49,795 bases of DNA from an uncultured Acidimicrobiaceae bacterium (GTDB lineage Bacteria; Actinomycetota; Acidimicrobiia; Acidimicrobiales; RAAP-2). Made by a program: the position numbers and the translations under genes. How positions within the stretch are numbered: position 1 is the stretch's first letter; every line of letters starts with the position of its first letter. Below, piece after piece: positions 1-8,928 of the stretch. Location: assembly GCA_963977795.1 (NCBI GenBank), contig CAXBRB010000001.1:1-49795 (forward strand), written 5' to 3'. The notes below the pieces were generated by a model, which was not told the DNA's origin, did not search any database, and was given only the letters and a program-made list of their open reading frames with translations.

Positions 1-1
1 C

Positions 2-448
2 GGCTCGCTGCCGGGCCTCGGCGTCCACGTCAGCAACATCGTGGGGGTGGTCCCGACCAACGACGGCCTGGGCTACTGGATGGTCGGATCCGACGGCGGC
101 GTCTTCGCCTTCGGCAACGCCGGCTTCGTCGGCTCGCTGCCGGGCCTCGGCGTCCACGTGAACAACATCGTGGGCATCGTCGGGACCGCCGACCACCTGG
201 GCTACATCATGGTGGGCAACGACGGCGGGGTGTTCACCTTCGGCGACGCCACGTTCGAGGGGTCGATCCCGGCCTCGGGCGTCCATGTGAACAACATCGT
301 GGGCATCCTGGGCACACCGTCCGGGCTGGGCTACTCGATGGTGGGGTCGGACGGCTCGGTGTTCAACTTCGGCGACGCCCCCAACTGGGGCTCGCTCCCT
401 GCCCTGGGCGTCTCGGTCAACAACATCGTGGCCATCTCCGCCGGCTGA
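2..448 (+). CDS. C-terminal fragment of a tandem-repeat protein (43-aa repeats, possibly beta-propeller-like); 5' end lies outside the window
   Basis: The reading frame is open from the window edge. The unit GSLPGLGVHVxNIVG...LGYWMVGSDGGVFxFGxAxFxG recurs with a 129-nt period at about 1, 130, 259 and 388. Confidence 0.6.
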   Translation, partial: GSLPGLGVHVSNIVGVVPTNDGLGYWMVGSDGGVFAFGNAGFVGSLPGLGVHVNNIVGIVGTADHLGYIMVGNDGGVFTFGDATFEGSIPASGVHVNNIVGILGTPSGLGYSMVGSDGSVFNFGDAPNWGSLPALGVSVNNIVAISAG

Positions 449-515
449 CCGCCCAGGGGCCGTCCCGTTGGGAGGCTCCGGGCGCGCAGCTGGTCGGCGG
501 CCCCGGCTGGTGTCT

Positions 516-1322
516 TCAGTCGTCGGGGGTGCCGAGCCGGGGTGCGACGGTGAGGCCGCCGTCCACCCGGAGGACCTGGCCGGTCACGAAGGCCGCCCGG
601 TCCGAGAGGAGGAAGCCCACCACGTGGGCGATGTCGTCGGGCGTGCCCAGGCGGCCCAGCGGGTTCTGGGCGGCCAGCACGGCCCTGCCCGCCTCGGGCA
701 CGCCCCGGGCCGCCGTCTCGGTCAGCACGAAGCCCGGGGCGATGACGTTGCAGCGGATCCCCCGCCGGCCGTAGCGGGTGGCCACGTGGCGGGCCAGCTG
801 CTCCAGGGCGGCCTTGGAGACGCCGTAGGAGACACGGCCGTGCTCGCCGATGGCGGCGGAGCCCGAGGAGATGAAGACGAACGCACCCCCGCCCCGCGCC
901 TCCATCCGGGGCACGGCGGCCCGCACCAGGTGGAGCGCCCCGGTGGCGTTGGTCCGGAAGACCCGGTCCCACGTGTCGAGGTCGACGTCGGTGGCGTCCA
1001 GGTCGGTGCGGAAGTCGGTCCAGGCGGCGTTGTGGTCCACCAGGTCGAGCCCGCCCCACCGGGCCGACACGGCGTCGACCACGTCGGCCACCCCGGACCG
1101 GTCGGCGACGTCGCACACGAACCCGGCGGCGTCGTGCCCTTCGGCGGTCAGCACCTCGGCCAGCCGGTGGGCACCGTCCCCGTCCCGGTCGGTCACGGCC
1201 ACGGCGGCCCCGAGCCGGCAGAGGTGGGCGGCAGTGGCCGCACCGATGCCCCGGGCCGCTCCGGTGACCAGCGCCACCTTCCCGGCCAGGGTCCCGCTCA
1301 CGTCCTCCGGTGCCACCGTCAC
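516..1322 (-). CDS. SDR family short-chain dehydrogenase/reductase
   Basis: N-terminal TGAARGIGAA Rossmann motif, SSGSA...YGVSKAA catalytic Ser/Tyr/Lys pattern, 268 aa. Confidence 0.9.
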   Translation of the reverse strand: MTVAPEDVSGTLAGKVALVTGAARGIGAATAAHLCRLGAAVAVTDRDGDGAHRLAEVLTAEGHDAAGFVCDVADRSGVADVVDAVSARWGGLDLVDHNAAWTDFRTDLDATDVDLDTWDRVFRTNATGALHLVRAAVPRMEARGGGAFVFISSGSAAIGEHGRVSYGVSKAALEQLARHVATRYGRRGIRCNVIAPGFVLTETAARGVPEAGRAVLAAQNPLGRLGTPDDIAHVVGFLLSDRAAFVTGQVLRVDGGLTVAPRLGTPDD

Positions 1323-1347
1323 GACCCGTCGGCGCGGCCGGGCACGG

Positions 1348-1815
1348 TCAGCCGTCGCGCTCGGCGTCGAGGGCGGCCAGGACGGTCCGGGCGGCGTCGC
1401 CCAGGGCGGCCCGCTGCTCGGCGGTCAGCACGTCGATGACCAGGCGGCGGACGGCGGCCACATGGCCCGGGGCGGCGTCGACCAGGCGCTGGCGCCCATG
1501 GTCGGTCACCACCACGTAGGCGCCCCGACGGTCCGAGTCGCACCGCTCCTTGGTCAGCAGCTCCCGGGCGGCCATCCGGGCGATGTGGTGGGACAGCCGG
1601 CTCTTCTCCCAGCCCAGCAGGCAGGCAAGCTCGAAGAGGCGCATCCGGCCGTCGGGCTGGTCGGTCAGCGCCACCAGCACCCCGTAGTCGGGAAGGGAGA
1701 GGTCGGAGTCCTCGGCCATCTGGCGGGCCAGGGCGGCGTCCAGGCGCATGGTCATGAACTGCAGCGCCCGCCAGTCCTGCTGCTCGTCGTCGGCGAGCCA
1801 CTGCACCGGTTCCAT
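1348..1815 (-). CDS. MarR family transcriptional regulator
   Basis: 155 aa with a winged-HTH pattern (LSLPDYGVLVAL...MRLFELACLLGWEKSRLSHHIARMAARELL...DRRGAYVVVTDHGR). Divergent from the yceI-like gene. Confidence 0.9.
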   Translation of the reverse strand: MEPVQWLADDEQQDWRALQFMTMRLDAALARQMAEDSDLSLPDYGVLVALTDQPDGRMRLFELACLLGWEKSRLSHHIARMAARELLTKERCDSDRRGAYVVVTDHGRQRLVDAAPGHVAAVRRLVIDVLTAEQRAALGDAARTVLAALDAERDG

Positions 1816-1903
1816 GCCCCCACGCTACCGCACGACGTGCGGAATAGATGAGACATCAACTAAGTTTAGTGATACGTCAACTACCTATCCGAAAGGACGT
1901 CCC
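1816..1903. promoter_or_regulatory. Divergent MarR/YceI intergenic region with an operator-like inverted repeat
   Basis: Locally AT-rich stretch in a GC-rich genome. Inverted repeat ACTAA-GT-TTAGT at 1859-1870, plus a direct repeat TCAACTA at 1857-1863 and 1885-1891. Confidence 0.45.
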
Positions 1904-2464
1904 GTGAGCACCAGCACCGTCGCCCCCGAGGTCACCGGCACCTACGCCATCGACCCCACCCACAGCCGGATCGGCTTCGTGGCCCGTCACGCCATGGTGA
2001 CCAAGGTCCGGGGCTCGTTCAACGAGTTCACCGGCACCGGGTTCTTCGACCCGGCCGACCCCGCCCAGACCCACCTCGCCCTCACCATCGAGGCGGCCAG
2101 CATCGACACCCGCAACGCCGACCGCGACGCCCACCTGCGCAGCAACGACTTCTTCGACATGGAGAACCACCCGCAGATCACCTTCACCTCGACGGCTGTC
2201 GAGTCGACCGGTCCGGAGACCTTCGCGGTGACCGGCGACCTGACCATCAAGGGGGTGACCCAGCCGGTGACCGTGGAGTTCACCTACGAGGGCGCGGCCA
2301 CCGACCCCTACGGCAACCACCGCATCGGCTTCGAGGGCACCGCCACCGTCAACCGCAAGGACTGGGGCGTGAACTTCAACGCCCCCCTCGAGGCCGGCGG
2401 CATCCTCATCAGCGAGAAGGTCACCCTCGAGTTCGAGGTGTCGGCCATCCGCCAGGAGGCCTGA
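1904..2464 (+). CDS. YceI family protein (polyisoprenoid-binding-like)
   Basis: Pattern Y.IDP.HS.IGF..RH.MVTKVRG.F..F, then DTRN.DRD.HLRS.DFFD and L.IKGVT.PV. The GTG at 1904 avoids overlap with the MarR gene; the 1748 start in the ORF track would overlap it. Confidence 0.85.
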   Translation: MSTSTVAPEVTGTYAIDPTHSRIGFVARHAMVTKVRGSFNEFTGTGFFDPADPAQTHLALTIEAASIDTRNADRDAHLRSNDFFDMENHPQITFTSTAVESTGPETFAVTGDLTIKGVTQPVTVEFTYEGAATDPYGNHRIGFEGTATVNRKDWGVNFNAPLEAGGILISEKVTLEFEVSAIRQEA

Positions 2465-2529
2465 GCCACACCGGCAGGGTCCCGTCGGGGCCGGCACCGG
2501 CCGGCCCGGGCACCGGGCCCGGACGCGAC

Positions 2530-2569
2530 GGAGCGCCCGTCCCTCGCACCTGCGGGGATCGGGCGCTCC
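2530..2569 (+). terminator. GC-rich hairpin downstream of the yceI-like gene
   Basis: GGAGCGCCCG (2530-2539) pairs with CGGGCGCTCC (2560-2569) around a 20-nt loop. The downstream T-tract is weak. Confidence 0.35.
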
Positions 2570-2858
2570 GCTCTGTGTCTCCTGGGGTGACGGCGGATCG
2601 GCGGCTACCGGGGGAGCCTTGGTGCTCCTGCCGTTGCACCGCTCACACTGCGAGCCGCGTGCCGTGGAACTCCCGGGCCTCCGGCCGCTGGGCCGGTCGC
2701 CTCCCGTCGTCCGTCCTCAGGACGGAGATGCTCTGCGTATCCGCATAGGCAACCTCCCTCGGGACCCTTCCCGATCCCGCACTCCGACCCTACGCCTGCA
2801 CGGGCCGCCGGAGCAGGGCCGAAGGTCCACTCCGTCGGGGCACCGGCCTGGCGGGCGG

Positions 2859-3854
2859 TCAGCCGTGCTGCCAGATGCGGTTCTGGAGGCTGCGGATGCC
2901 GGGCAGGGCCACCTGGTCGAGCCGGGCCACCTCGTCGGCGTCCAGCTCCCAGCCGAGCGCTCCGGCGTTCTCCTCGGCCTGGCGGCGGTTCTTGGCCCCC
3001 GGGATGGGCACGGCTCCCTTGGCGATGATCCACCGGAGCGCCACCTGGCTGGGGGTGCGGCCGTCGTGGGCCTCGCCGATGGCGGCCAGCTCGGCCACCA
3101 CCCGGTCGACCACGGCCATGGGGTGGGCGCTGAAGCCCCGCTTCCCGGGGGGCGGGTTGTCGGCCGAGTACTTGCCGGTGAGGCGGCCCTGGCCGATGGG
3201 CGAGTAGGCCAGGGGCACGACCCCGAGCTCGGCGCAGGCGGCCAGCAGCCCGCCCGTCTCCGGCGAGCGGCGCAGCAGCGAGAACTCGATCTGGTTGGTG
3301 GCCAGCCGGAGCCCCCGCGCCGCCAGGGCGGCGGCGATGGAGCGGGTCTCCTTGACCGAGTAGTTGGAGACGCCCACGGCATCGACCAGGCCGGCCTGGT
3401 GGGCGGTGGCCAGGGCCTCGGCCAGGGCGGCGTGCGACCGCAGGCTGATGGGCCCGTGGATCTGGTAGAGCGCGACCTTCTCCACCCCCAGGCGGTCCAG
3501 GGAGGCCCGCAGGGCGCCCATCAGGGCGGAGGTCACGTTGAGCTTCCAGGGAGAGGGCATGAACTTGGTGGCCAGCACCGCCTGCGACGCCCGTCCGGGG
3601 TCGGCGGCCAGGAGACGGCCGATGATCCGCTCGCTCTCGCCGCCGCCATAGACCTCGGCGGTGTCGAAGAAGGCGGCACCGGCGTCGATGGAGGCCTCCC
3701 AGGCCTCCCGGATGGTCTCCTCGGTCAAGGAGGCGTCGTAGGTGCCCATGCCCCAGGTGGAGGAGTCACCCCAGGCCCAGGTGCCCACCCCGAGCAGCGG
3801 GATCGTGACGTCGGAGCCGGCCAGGGTGCAGGTGTCGGGTGCCATGGCGGCCAC
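2859..3854 (-). CDS. Aldo/keto reductase family oxidoreductase
   Basis: LG.GTWAWG near the N-terminus, FFDTAEVYG, LYQIHGP, then PIPGAKN...NAGAL near the C-terminus. 331 aa. Confidence 0.9.
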   Translation of the reverse strand: MAAMAPDTCTLAGSDVTIPLLGVGTWAWGDSSTWGMGTYDASLTEETIREAWEASIDAGAAFFDTAEVYGGGESERIIGRLLAADPGRASQAVLATKFMPSPWKLNVTSALMGALRASLDRLGVEKVALYQIHGPISLRSHAALAEALATAHQAGLVDAVGVSNYSVKETRSIAAALAARGLRLATNQIEFSLLRRSPETGGLLAACAELGVVPLAYSPIGQGRLTGKYSADNPPPGKRGFSAHPMAVVDRVVAELAAIGEAHDGRTPSQVALRWIIAKGAVPIPGAKNRRQAEENAGALGWELDADEVARLDQVALPGIRSLQNRIWQHG

Positions 3855-3888
3855 GGTACCGCCCGCCCACGCCGGGTGCCCCGACCGG

Positions 3889-4395
3889 TCAGCCGCCGAC
3901 CAGCAGGCCCCGGAGGTAGGCGATCTGGCCGACGTGCTGGAGGCAGTCGGCCAGGACGCTGACCAGCCGGACCGCGGCGGTCACCGGTGGATCCCACCGA
4001 CGGTCGACGATCCGGGCCAGGTCGTCCTCGCCCAGGCCGGCCAGCACCTCGAGGGTGCGAGCGTGGGTGGCCGCGAAGTAGCCCGCCAGCAGGTCGGCGC
4101 CGGCAACCACGGCGGCCACCTGGTCGGTGGTGTGCCCGTAGCCGATGTCGGTGGCGTCCAGGGGGAGGGCGAACCGCCCGGCCCAGCCGTCCTCCGTCCA
4201 CACCTGGTCCGTCCCGGCCACGCCGGCCACGTGGTCGTCCTGGACCCGGGTCAGGTGCCAGGCCAGCCAGCCCATCGGGTTGGCCTCGGGGCCCGGCCGG
4301 GCGGCCAGCTGCTCGACGGTCAGGCCGGCGATGGCCGGGAGCAGCTCGTCACGGACCCGCTCGAACCCGTCGGTCAGGATGGCGATGGACGACAC
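3889..4395 (-). CDS. DinB family (DinB_2/mycothiol-transferase-like) protein
   Basis: Four-helix-bundle pattern (L..R....NP.GWLAWHLTRVQDDH ... H.GQIAYLRG). The GTG at 4395 is preceded by GGGAGG about 6 nt upstream. The longer 4506 start adds an Arg/Pro-rich extension that does not look like protein. Confidence 0.8.
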   Translation of the reverse strand: MSSIAILTDGFERVRDELLPAIAGLTVEQLAARPGPEANPMGWLAWHLTRVQDDHVAGVAGTDQVWTEDGWAGRFALPLDATDIGYGHTTDQVAAVVAGADLLAGYFAATHARTLEVLAGLGEDDLARIVDRRWDPPVTAAVRLVSVLADCLQHVGQIAYLRGLLVGG

Positions 4396-4553
4396 GGCGG
4401 CCTCCCGGCTCTTCGGGCCGCAGGCACCGGTCGGTCCAGCGGCGGCGTGCACGGCGATGGTGGCACGGCGAGGCGCGGACCGCCACGGCCCTTGGTCCCG
4501 CCGCACCCGGGTGGCAGGATCGGGAGCGGCGCACGACCACAGAGGAGGCGCCG

Positions 4554-5228
4554 GTGGATGACGGCGCAGATGCGGCCGGGGTTGGGAGCGAGGCGGATGA
4601 CGACGGCTACGGCCGCCGCCACGACGCCCTACACCGGGGCACCCGGCTCGAGTGGATCACCGTGGCCTGGAACCTGGGTGAGTTCGTCATCACCGTCTGG
4701 CTCGGCGTGGCCGCCCACGCCCTGGCCCTGATCGCCTTCGGCCTCGACTCCCTCATCGAGGTGGTGGCCTCGCTGGTGGTGATCCGCTACATCGCCCGTC
4801 ACGAGACGGGCGGCCAGGCGGCACGGGCCCTGCGCATGGTGGCCGCCGCCTTCGGTCTCCTGGCCGTCTACCTGATCGTGGCCGCCATGCATGCTCTGGC
4901 ATCCGGGGCGCGCCCCTCGACGTCGTGGGGCGGGATGGCCTACCTGGTGGTGGCGGCCACCGGGATGTTCGTCCTGTCCTGGCGCAAGCGCCTCCTGGCC
5001 CGCACGGCCGGGAGCGCCCCGCTGGCCGCGGAAGCGGCCCTCACCTTCGTGGACGGCTGCCTGGCCACCGGTGTGCTGGTCTCGCTGGTCCTCACCACGG
5101 CGGCCGGATGGTGGTGGACGGACCCGGCCGCCGCCCTCGGGGTGGCCGCCGTCTGCGGGGTGGCCATGGTGGCCAACCTCCGCGAGGCGGCCGCGCTGGC
5201 CGACGACGTCGACGACCTGCGCCAGTGA
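4554..5228 (+). CDS. Cation-efflux (CDF-like) membrane protein, transmembrane domain only
   Basis: Hydrophobic helices with the motif FGLDSLIEVVASLVV that is typical of CDF TM2. GTG at 4554 follows AGAGGAGG at 4541-4548. No cytoplasmic CDF C-terminal domain is visible. Confidence 0.65.
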   Translation: MDDGADAAGVGSEADDDGYGRRHDALHRGTRLEWITVAWNLGEFVITVWLGVAAHALALIAFGLDSLIEVVASLVVIRYIARHETGGQAARALRMVAAAFGLLAVYLIVAAMHALASGARPSTSWGGMAYLVVAATGMFVLSWRKRLLARTAGSAPLAAEAALTFVDGCLATGVLVSLVLTTAAGWWWTDPAAALGVAAVCGVAMVANLREAAALADDVDDLRQ

Positions 5229-5247
5229 GCCGCCCCGAATGGGTCCG

Positions 5248-5296
5248 GGCGCCGTGGGCATGACCGGCGCCGTGGGCATGACCCGCGCCGTGGGCT
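5248..5296. repeat. Short tandem repeat, 18-nt unit GGCGCCGTGGGCATGACC, about 2.7 copies
   Basis: Read directly in the intergenic region after the CDF-like gene. Copies start at 5248, 5266 and 5284. Confidence 0.7.
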
Positions 5297-5343
5297 AGAA
5301 CGGTCCCCGCACGCCCGCTGCGGGCGGCCGGAGGAGGGGTGCG

Positions 5344-6423
5344 ATGGCGTACCGGGTGATCCAGTGGGCGACGGGCGGTGTGGGCCGGGCGGCCATGCAG
5401 GGGGTGCTGGACCACCCCGACCTCGAGCTGGTGGGCTGCTGGGTCCACAGCGAGGAGAAGGACGGGATCGACGTCGGCGAGCTGATCGGCACCGGGCCGG
5501 TGGGGGTGACGGCCACCCGGGACGTCGACGCCCTGTGCGCCCTGGACGCCGACTGCGTGCTCTACAGCCCGATCTTCGCCGACCCGTCGGTGGTGGTCCG
5601 CCTGCTGGAGTCGGGCAAGAACGTGGTGACACCGCTGGGGTGGTTCTACCCGCCGGGCGAGGAGCGGGAGCGCTTCGACGCTGTCTGCACCGCCGCCGGG
5701 GTGACCTTGCACGGGACCGGGATCCATCCCGGGGGGATCACCGAGCGGTTCCCGCTCATGGTCTCCGCACTGTCGGGCTCGATCACCCACGTGCGGGCCG
5801 AGGAGTTCTCGGACATCCGCACCTATGGTGCCCCCGACGTCATCCGCGACTGGATGCTCTTCGGCAAGACCCCCGAGGAGTCCCGCACCAGCATCATGGC
5901 CGACGCTCTGGGGGCGGGCTTCCGCCAGTCGGTGTGGATGATCGCCGACGAGCTGGGCTTCGCCCTCGATCCCGAGCTGCGGACCACCCATGAGATGGCC
6001 GTGGCCACCGCCCCCATCGACTCGCCCATCGGGGTCATCGCCCCCGGCCTGGTGGCCGCCCAGCGCTTCCGGTGGGAGGGGCTGGTCGACGGGAAGCCGG
6101 TCATCACGGCGGCGGTCAACTGGCTGATGGGGGAGGAGCACCTGGACCCGGCCTGGAGCTTCGGCCCGGGGGGCGAGCACTTCGAGGTGGAGGTCACCGG
6201 CGACCCGGGCTGCCTGGTCAGCTTCCACAAGCTGCACCCCGAGTCGATCGCCGCCGGCCTCGAGCGCAACCCCGGCATCGTGGCCACGGCCATGCACTGC
6301 GTGAACGCCATCCCCTACGTGTGCGCCGCCCCGCCGGGCCTCCGCACCTACCTCGACCTGCCCCTGGTGGCCGGCCGGGCCGCCGCGTCGCTGTCCCGGG
6401 CCCGGGGCGGGGGTCGGGCGTGA
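5344..6423 (+). CDS. NAD(P)-binding dihydrodipicolinate-reductase-like / amine dehydrogenase family protein
   Basis: N-terminal VIQWATGGVGRAA Rossmann-like motif and a DapB-N-like layout, 359 aa. RBS GGAGGAGGGG lies upstream of the ATG at 5344. Confidence 0.7.
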   Translation: MAYRVIQWATGGVGRAAMQGVLDHPDLELVGCWVHSEEKDGIDVGELIGTGPVGVTATRDVDALCALDADCVLYSPIFADPSVVVRLLESGKNVVTPLGWFYPPGEERERFDAVCTAAGVTLHGTGIHPGGITERFPLMVSALSGSITHVRAEEFSDIRTYGAPDVIRDWMLFGKTPEESRTSIMADALGAGFRQSVWMIADELGFALDPELRTTHEMAVATAPIDSPIGVIAPGLVAAQRFRWEGLVDGKPVITAAVNWLMGEEHLDPAWSFGPGGEHFEVEVTGDPGCLVSFHKLHPESIAAGLERNPGIVATAMHCVNAIPYVCAAPPGLRTYLDLPLVAGRAAASLSRARGGGRA

Positions 6424-7220
6424 TCCTCGACCGGTTCCGCCTGGACGGCCGGGTGGCCGTGGTGACCGGGGCCGGCCTGGGGATCGGCCGGGGCATCGCC
6501 TTAGGGCTGGCCGAGGCCGGGGCCGACGTGGTCCTGGCCGCCCGCACCGACGCCGACCTCGAGGAGGTGGCCGGCGAGGTCCGGTCCCGGGGGCGGCGGG
6601 CTCTGGTGGTGCCCACCGACGTGACCGACAGCGCCCAGCTGGAGCGCCTGGCCGACGCCGCCGTGGAGGAGTTCGGCCGGCTGGACGTGGCCGTGAACAA
6701 CGCCGGGGGCGCGCTGCCCCGGGCGGCCATGGACACCTCGGAGGGCTTCCTGGAGCGGGCCTTCCACTTCAACGTGACCGCCCCGTTCACCCTGACCAAG
6801 CTGGCCGCCCGGCGCATGGTGGACACGGTGGGGTCGGGGGCCGTAGTGAACATCTCGTCCCGGTCGGCCTCCATGACCCAGACCAGCTTCGCCGCCTACG
6901 GGGCCGTCAAGGCCGCCCTCGACCGCCTGACCCGCAACATGGCCCCCGAGCTGGCCCCCCGGGTCCGGCTCAACGCCCTCGACGTCGGGGGTGTGGCCAC
7001 CCGCTCGCTGGAGGTGGTCCTGACCGACGACGGCCTGCGCTCCCAATTCCTGGCCGGCACCCCCATGGGCCGGCCAGGTGAGCCCGAGGACATCGCCTGT
7101 GCCGTCCTCTACCTGGTGTCGGACGCCGCATCGTGGGTGACCGGCAAGGTCTTCGAGATCGACGGCGGCTCCGAGGCCCCGGCCATCGCCGTCCCCGCAC
7201 CGCCGCTCGAGCCGTCCTGA
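6420..7220 (+). CDS. SDR family oxidoreductase
   Basis: VVTGAGLGIGRGIA, NNAG and S...Y..VKAA motifs. The GTG at 6420 overlaps the upstream stop (GTGA), which suggests translational coupling. Confidence 0.9.
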   Translation: MILDRFRLDGRVAVVTGAGLGIGRGIALGLAEAGADVVLAARTDADLEEVAGEVRSRGRRALVVPTDVTDSAQLERLADAAVEEFGRLDVAVNNAGGALPRAAMDTSEGFLERAFHFNVTAPFTLTKLAARRMVDTVGSGAVVNISSRSASMTQTSFAAYGAVKAALDRLTRNMAPELAPRVRLNALDVGGVATRSLEVVLTDDGLRSQFLAGTPMGRPGEPEDIACAVLYLVSDAASWVTGKVFEIDGGSEAPAIAVPAPPLEPS

Positions 7221-7263
7221 GCCCGCACCGGCCGGTGGTCGTGCCCGGGAGCACGTTGGCACG

Positions 7264-8928
7264 GTGCCGGCCGGACACAATGGTCGGGTGACCGAGACCG
7301 TCCCCACCCCGTCCGCCCCGCCGTCCGCCGAGTCGGCCGGAGGTCGGAGCAAGTGGCTGCCCATGCCCTTCGTGGCCCTGGGCGTGGCCATGATCATCGT
7401 CGACGCCACCATCGTGAACGTCGCCGTCCCCACCATCATCCGCGAGCTCCACGTGACGGCCAACACGTCGGAGTGGTTCAACTCGATCTACTCCCTGGTC
7501 TTCGCCTCGCTGCTCATCTCGCTGGGCCATGCCGGCGATGTGTGGGGCCGCCGCAAGCTCTTCGGCCTCGGCACGGTGGTCTTCGTGGTGGCCAGCGTGG
7601 TGGCGGCCACGGCTCCGTCGAGCGGCGTGCTCATCCTCGGCCGCTTCCTCCAGGGGGTGGGCGGGGCGATGATCCTGCCCACCACCCTGTCCACCGTGAA
7701 CGCCATCTACGAGGGCAAGGACCGGGCCGTGGCCTTCGCCATCTGGGGTTCGACCATCGGCGGGATGGCTGCGGTGGGCCCCCTCCTGGGCGGCTGGCTG
7801 ACCACCGACCTCTCGTGGCGGTGGGCCTTCTTCATCAACATCCCCGTCGGGGCGGTGGTGCTCCTGGGCATCGCCCTCTTCGTGCCCGAGACCAAGGATC
7901 CCGCCGTGCGCCGGGGCATCGACTGGTGGGGGAACGTGCTGGCCGTTGTGGGCTTCTCCACCCTGGTCTTCGGCCTCATCGAGGGCGAGCACTACGGCTG
8001 GTGGCGCCAGGTGGACACCTTCACCGTCGGGTCGTGGCACTGGCCGGCCGGCTGGCCCTCCCCCTCCCCGGTGGCTTTCGCCGTGGCCGCGGCCGCCCTG
8101 GTGGCCTTCGTGCTGGTCGAGTCGGCCCGGGCCCGTCGGGGTGCGGTGGTGCTGATGGACCTCTCGCTCTTCCGCATCCGCAGCTTCGGGGCGGGCAACG
8201 TGGCGGTGACCATCGTGGCCTTCGGCGAGTTCGGCATCCTCTTCGCCCTGCCCCTCTTCCTCCAGGGGGTCCTCGGCTATAGCGCCCTCGACACCGGGTG
8301 GCTCTTCCTGGCCCTGGCCCTGGGCTCCTTCGTGGTGGGCGGGGCCACACCGCAGATCGCCAAGGCCATCGGGACCCGGGGGGTGGCCCGCATCGGACTG
8401 GCCCTCGAGGCGGTGGGCATCGTCGGCCTCGGGGTGGCCCTCGGCCCGACGGTGGCGGCCTGGGTCATGGCCATCTGGCTCTTCGTCTACGGCCTCGGGG
8501 TGGGGATGGCCACGGCCCAGCTCACCGGGGTGATCCTGGTCGACGTGCCTGTCGAGGTCTCCGGCCAGGCCTCGGGCATCCAGAGCACCAGCCGCCAGGT
8601 CGGCTCGGCCCTCGGGGTGGCCGTCCTCGGGGCAGCCCTGCTCAGCCAGCTGGGCAGCCGCACGTCGTCGGCCCTGGCCCAGGTGGCCGGCCTGCCCCAG
8701 GCGGCCCGGGAGCAGATCACCGGGGTGGTGCGGGCCTCGGGCGGGGCGGCCATCGACTCCCTCCACCGCCTGCCGCTGGGCGACCAGATCGTGGCCGCGG
8801 CCTCGGGGGCGGCGGTGGACGCGGCCCGGACGGTCTGCTTCCTGGCCGCCGGCTTCATCCTCCTCGGCCTGGTGGCCACCCTGGCCCTGCCCCGCCAGGC
8901 GGCCGACGGGGGTGCGGGCCGGGGCTAG
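7264..8928 (+). CDS. MFS transporter, DHA2 (EmrB/QacA-like, 14-TMS) family
   Basis: Motifs MIIVDATIVNVAVPTI, GDVWGRRKLF and LQGVGGAMILP, with many predicted TM helices. The start could instead be the GTG at 7288. Confidence 0.85.
   Translation: MPAGHNGRVTETVPTPSAPPSAESAGGRSKWLPMPFVALGVAMIIVDATIVNVAVPTIIRELHVTANTSEWFNSIYSLVFASLLISLGHAGDVWGRRKLFGLGTVVFVVASVVAATAPSSGVLILGRFLQGVGGAMILPTTLSTVNAIYEGKDRAVAFAIWGSTIGGMAAVGPLLGGWLTTDLSWRWAFFINIPVGAVVLLGIALFVPETKDPAVRRGIDWWGNVLAVVGFSTLVFGLIEGEHYGWWRQVDTFTVGSWHWPAGWPSPSPVAFAVAAAALVAFVLVESARARRGAVVLMDLSLFRIRSFGAGNVAVTIVAFGEFGILFALPLFLQGVLGYSALDTGWLFLALALGSFVVGGATPQIAKAIGTRGVARIGLALEAVGIVGLGVALGPTVAAWVMAIWLFVYGLGVGMATAQLTGVILVDVPVEVSGQASGIQSTSRQVGSALGVAVLGAALLSQLGSRTSSALAQVAGLPQAAREQITGVVRASGGAAIDSLHRLPLGDQIVAAASGAAVDAARTVCFLAAGFILLGLVATLALPRQAADGGAGRG

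Noticed and set aside
8925-8928. Convergent genes whose stop codons overlap on the palindrome CTAG
   Set aside because: The overlap is real but trivial. It has no structural or regulatory implication that I can support.
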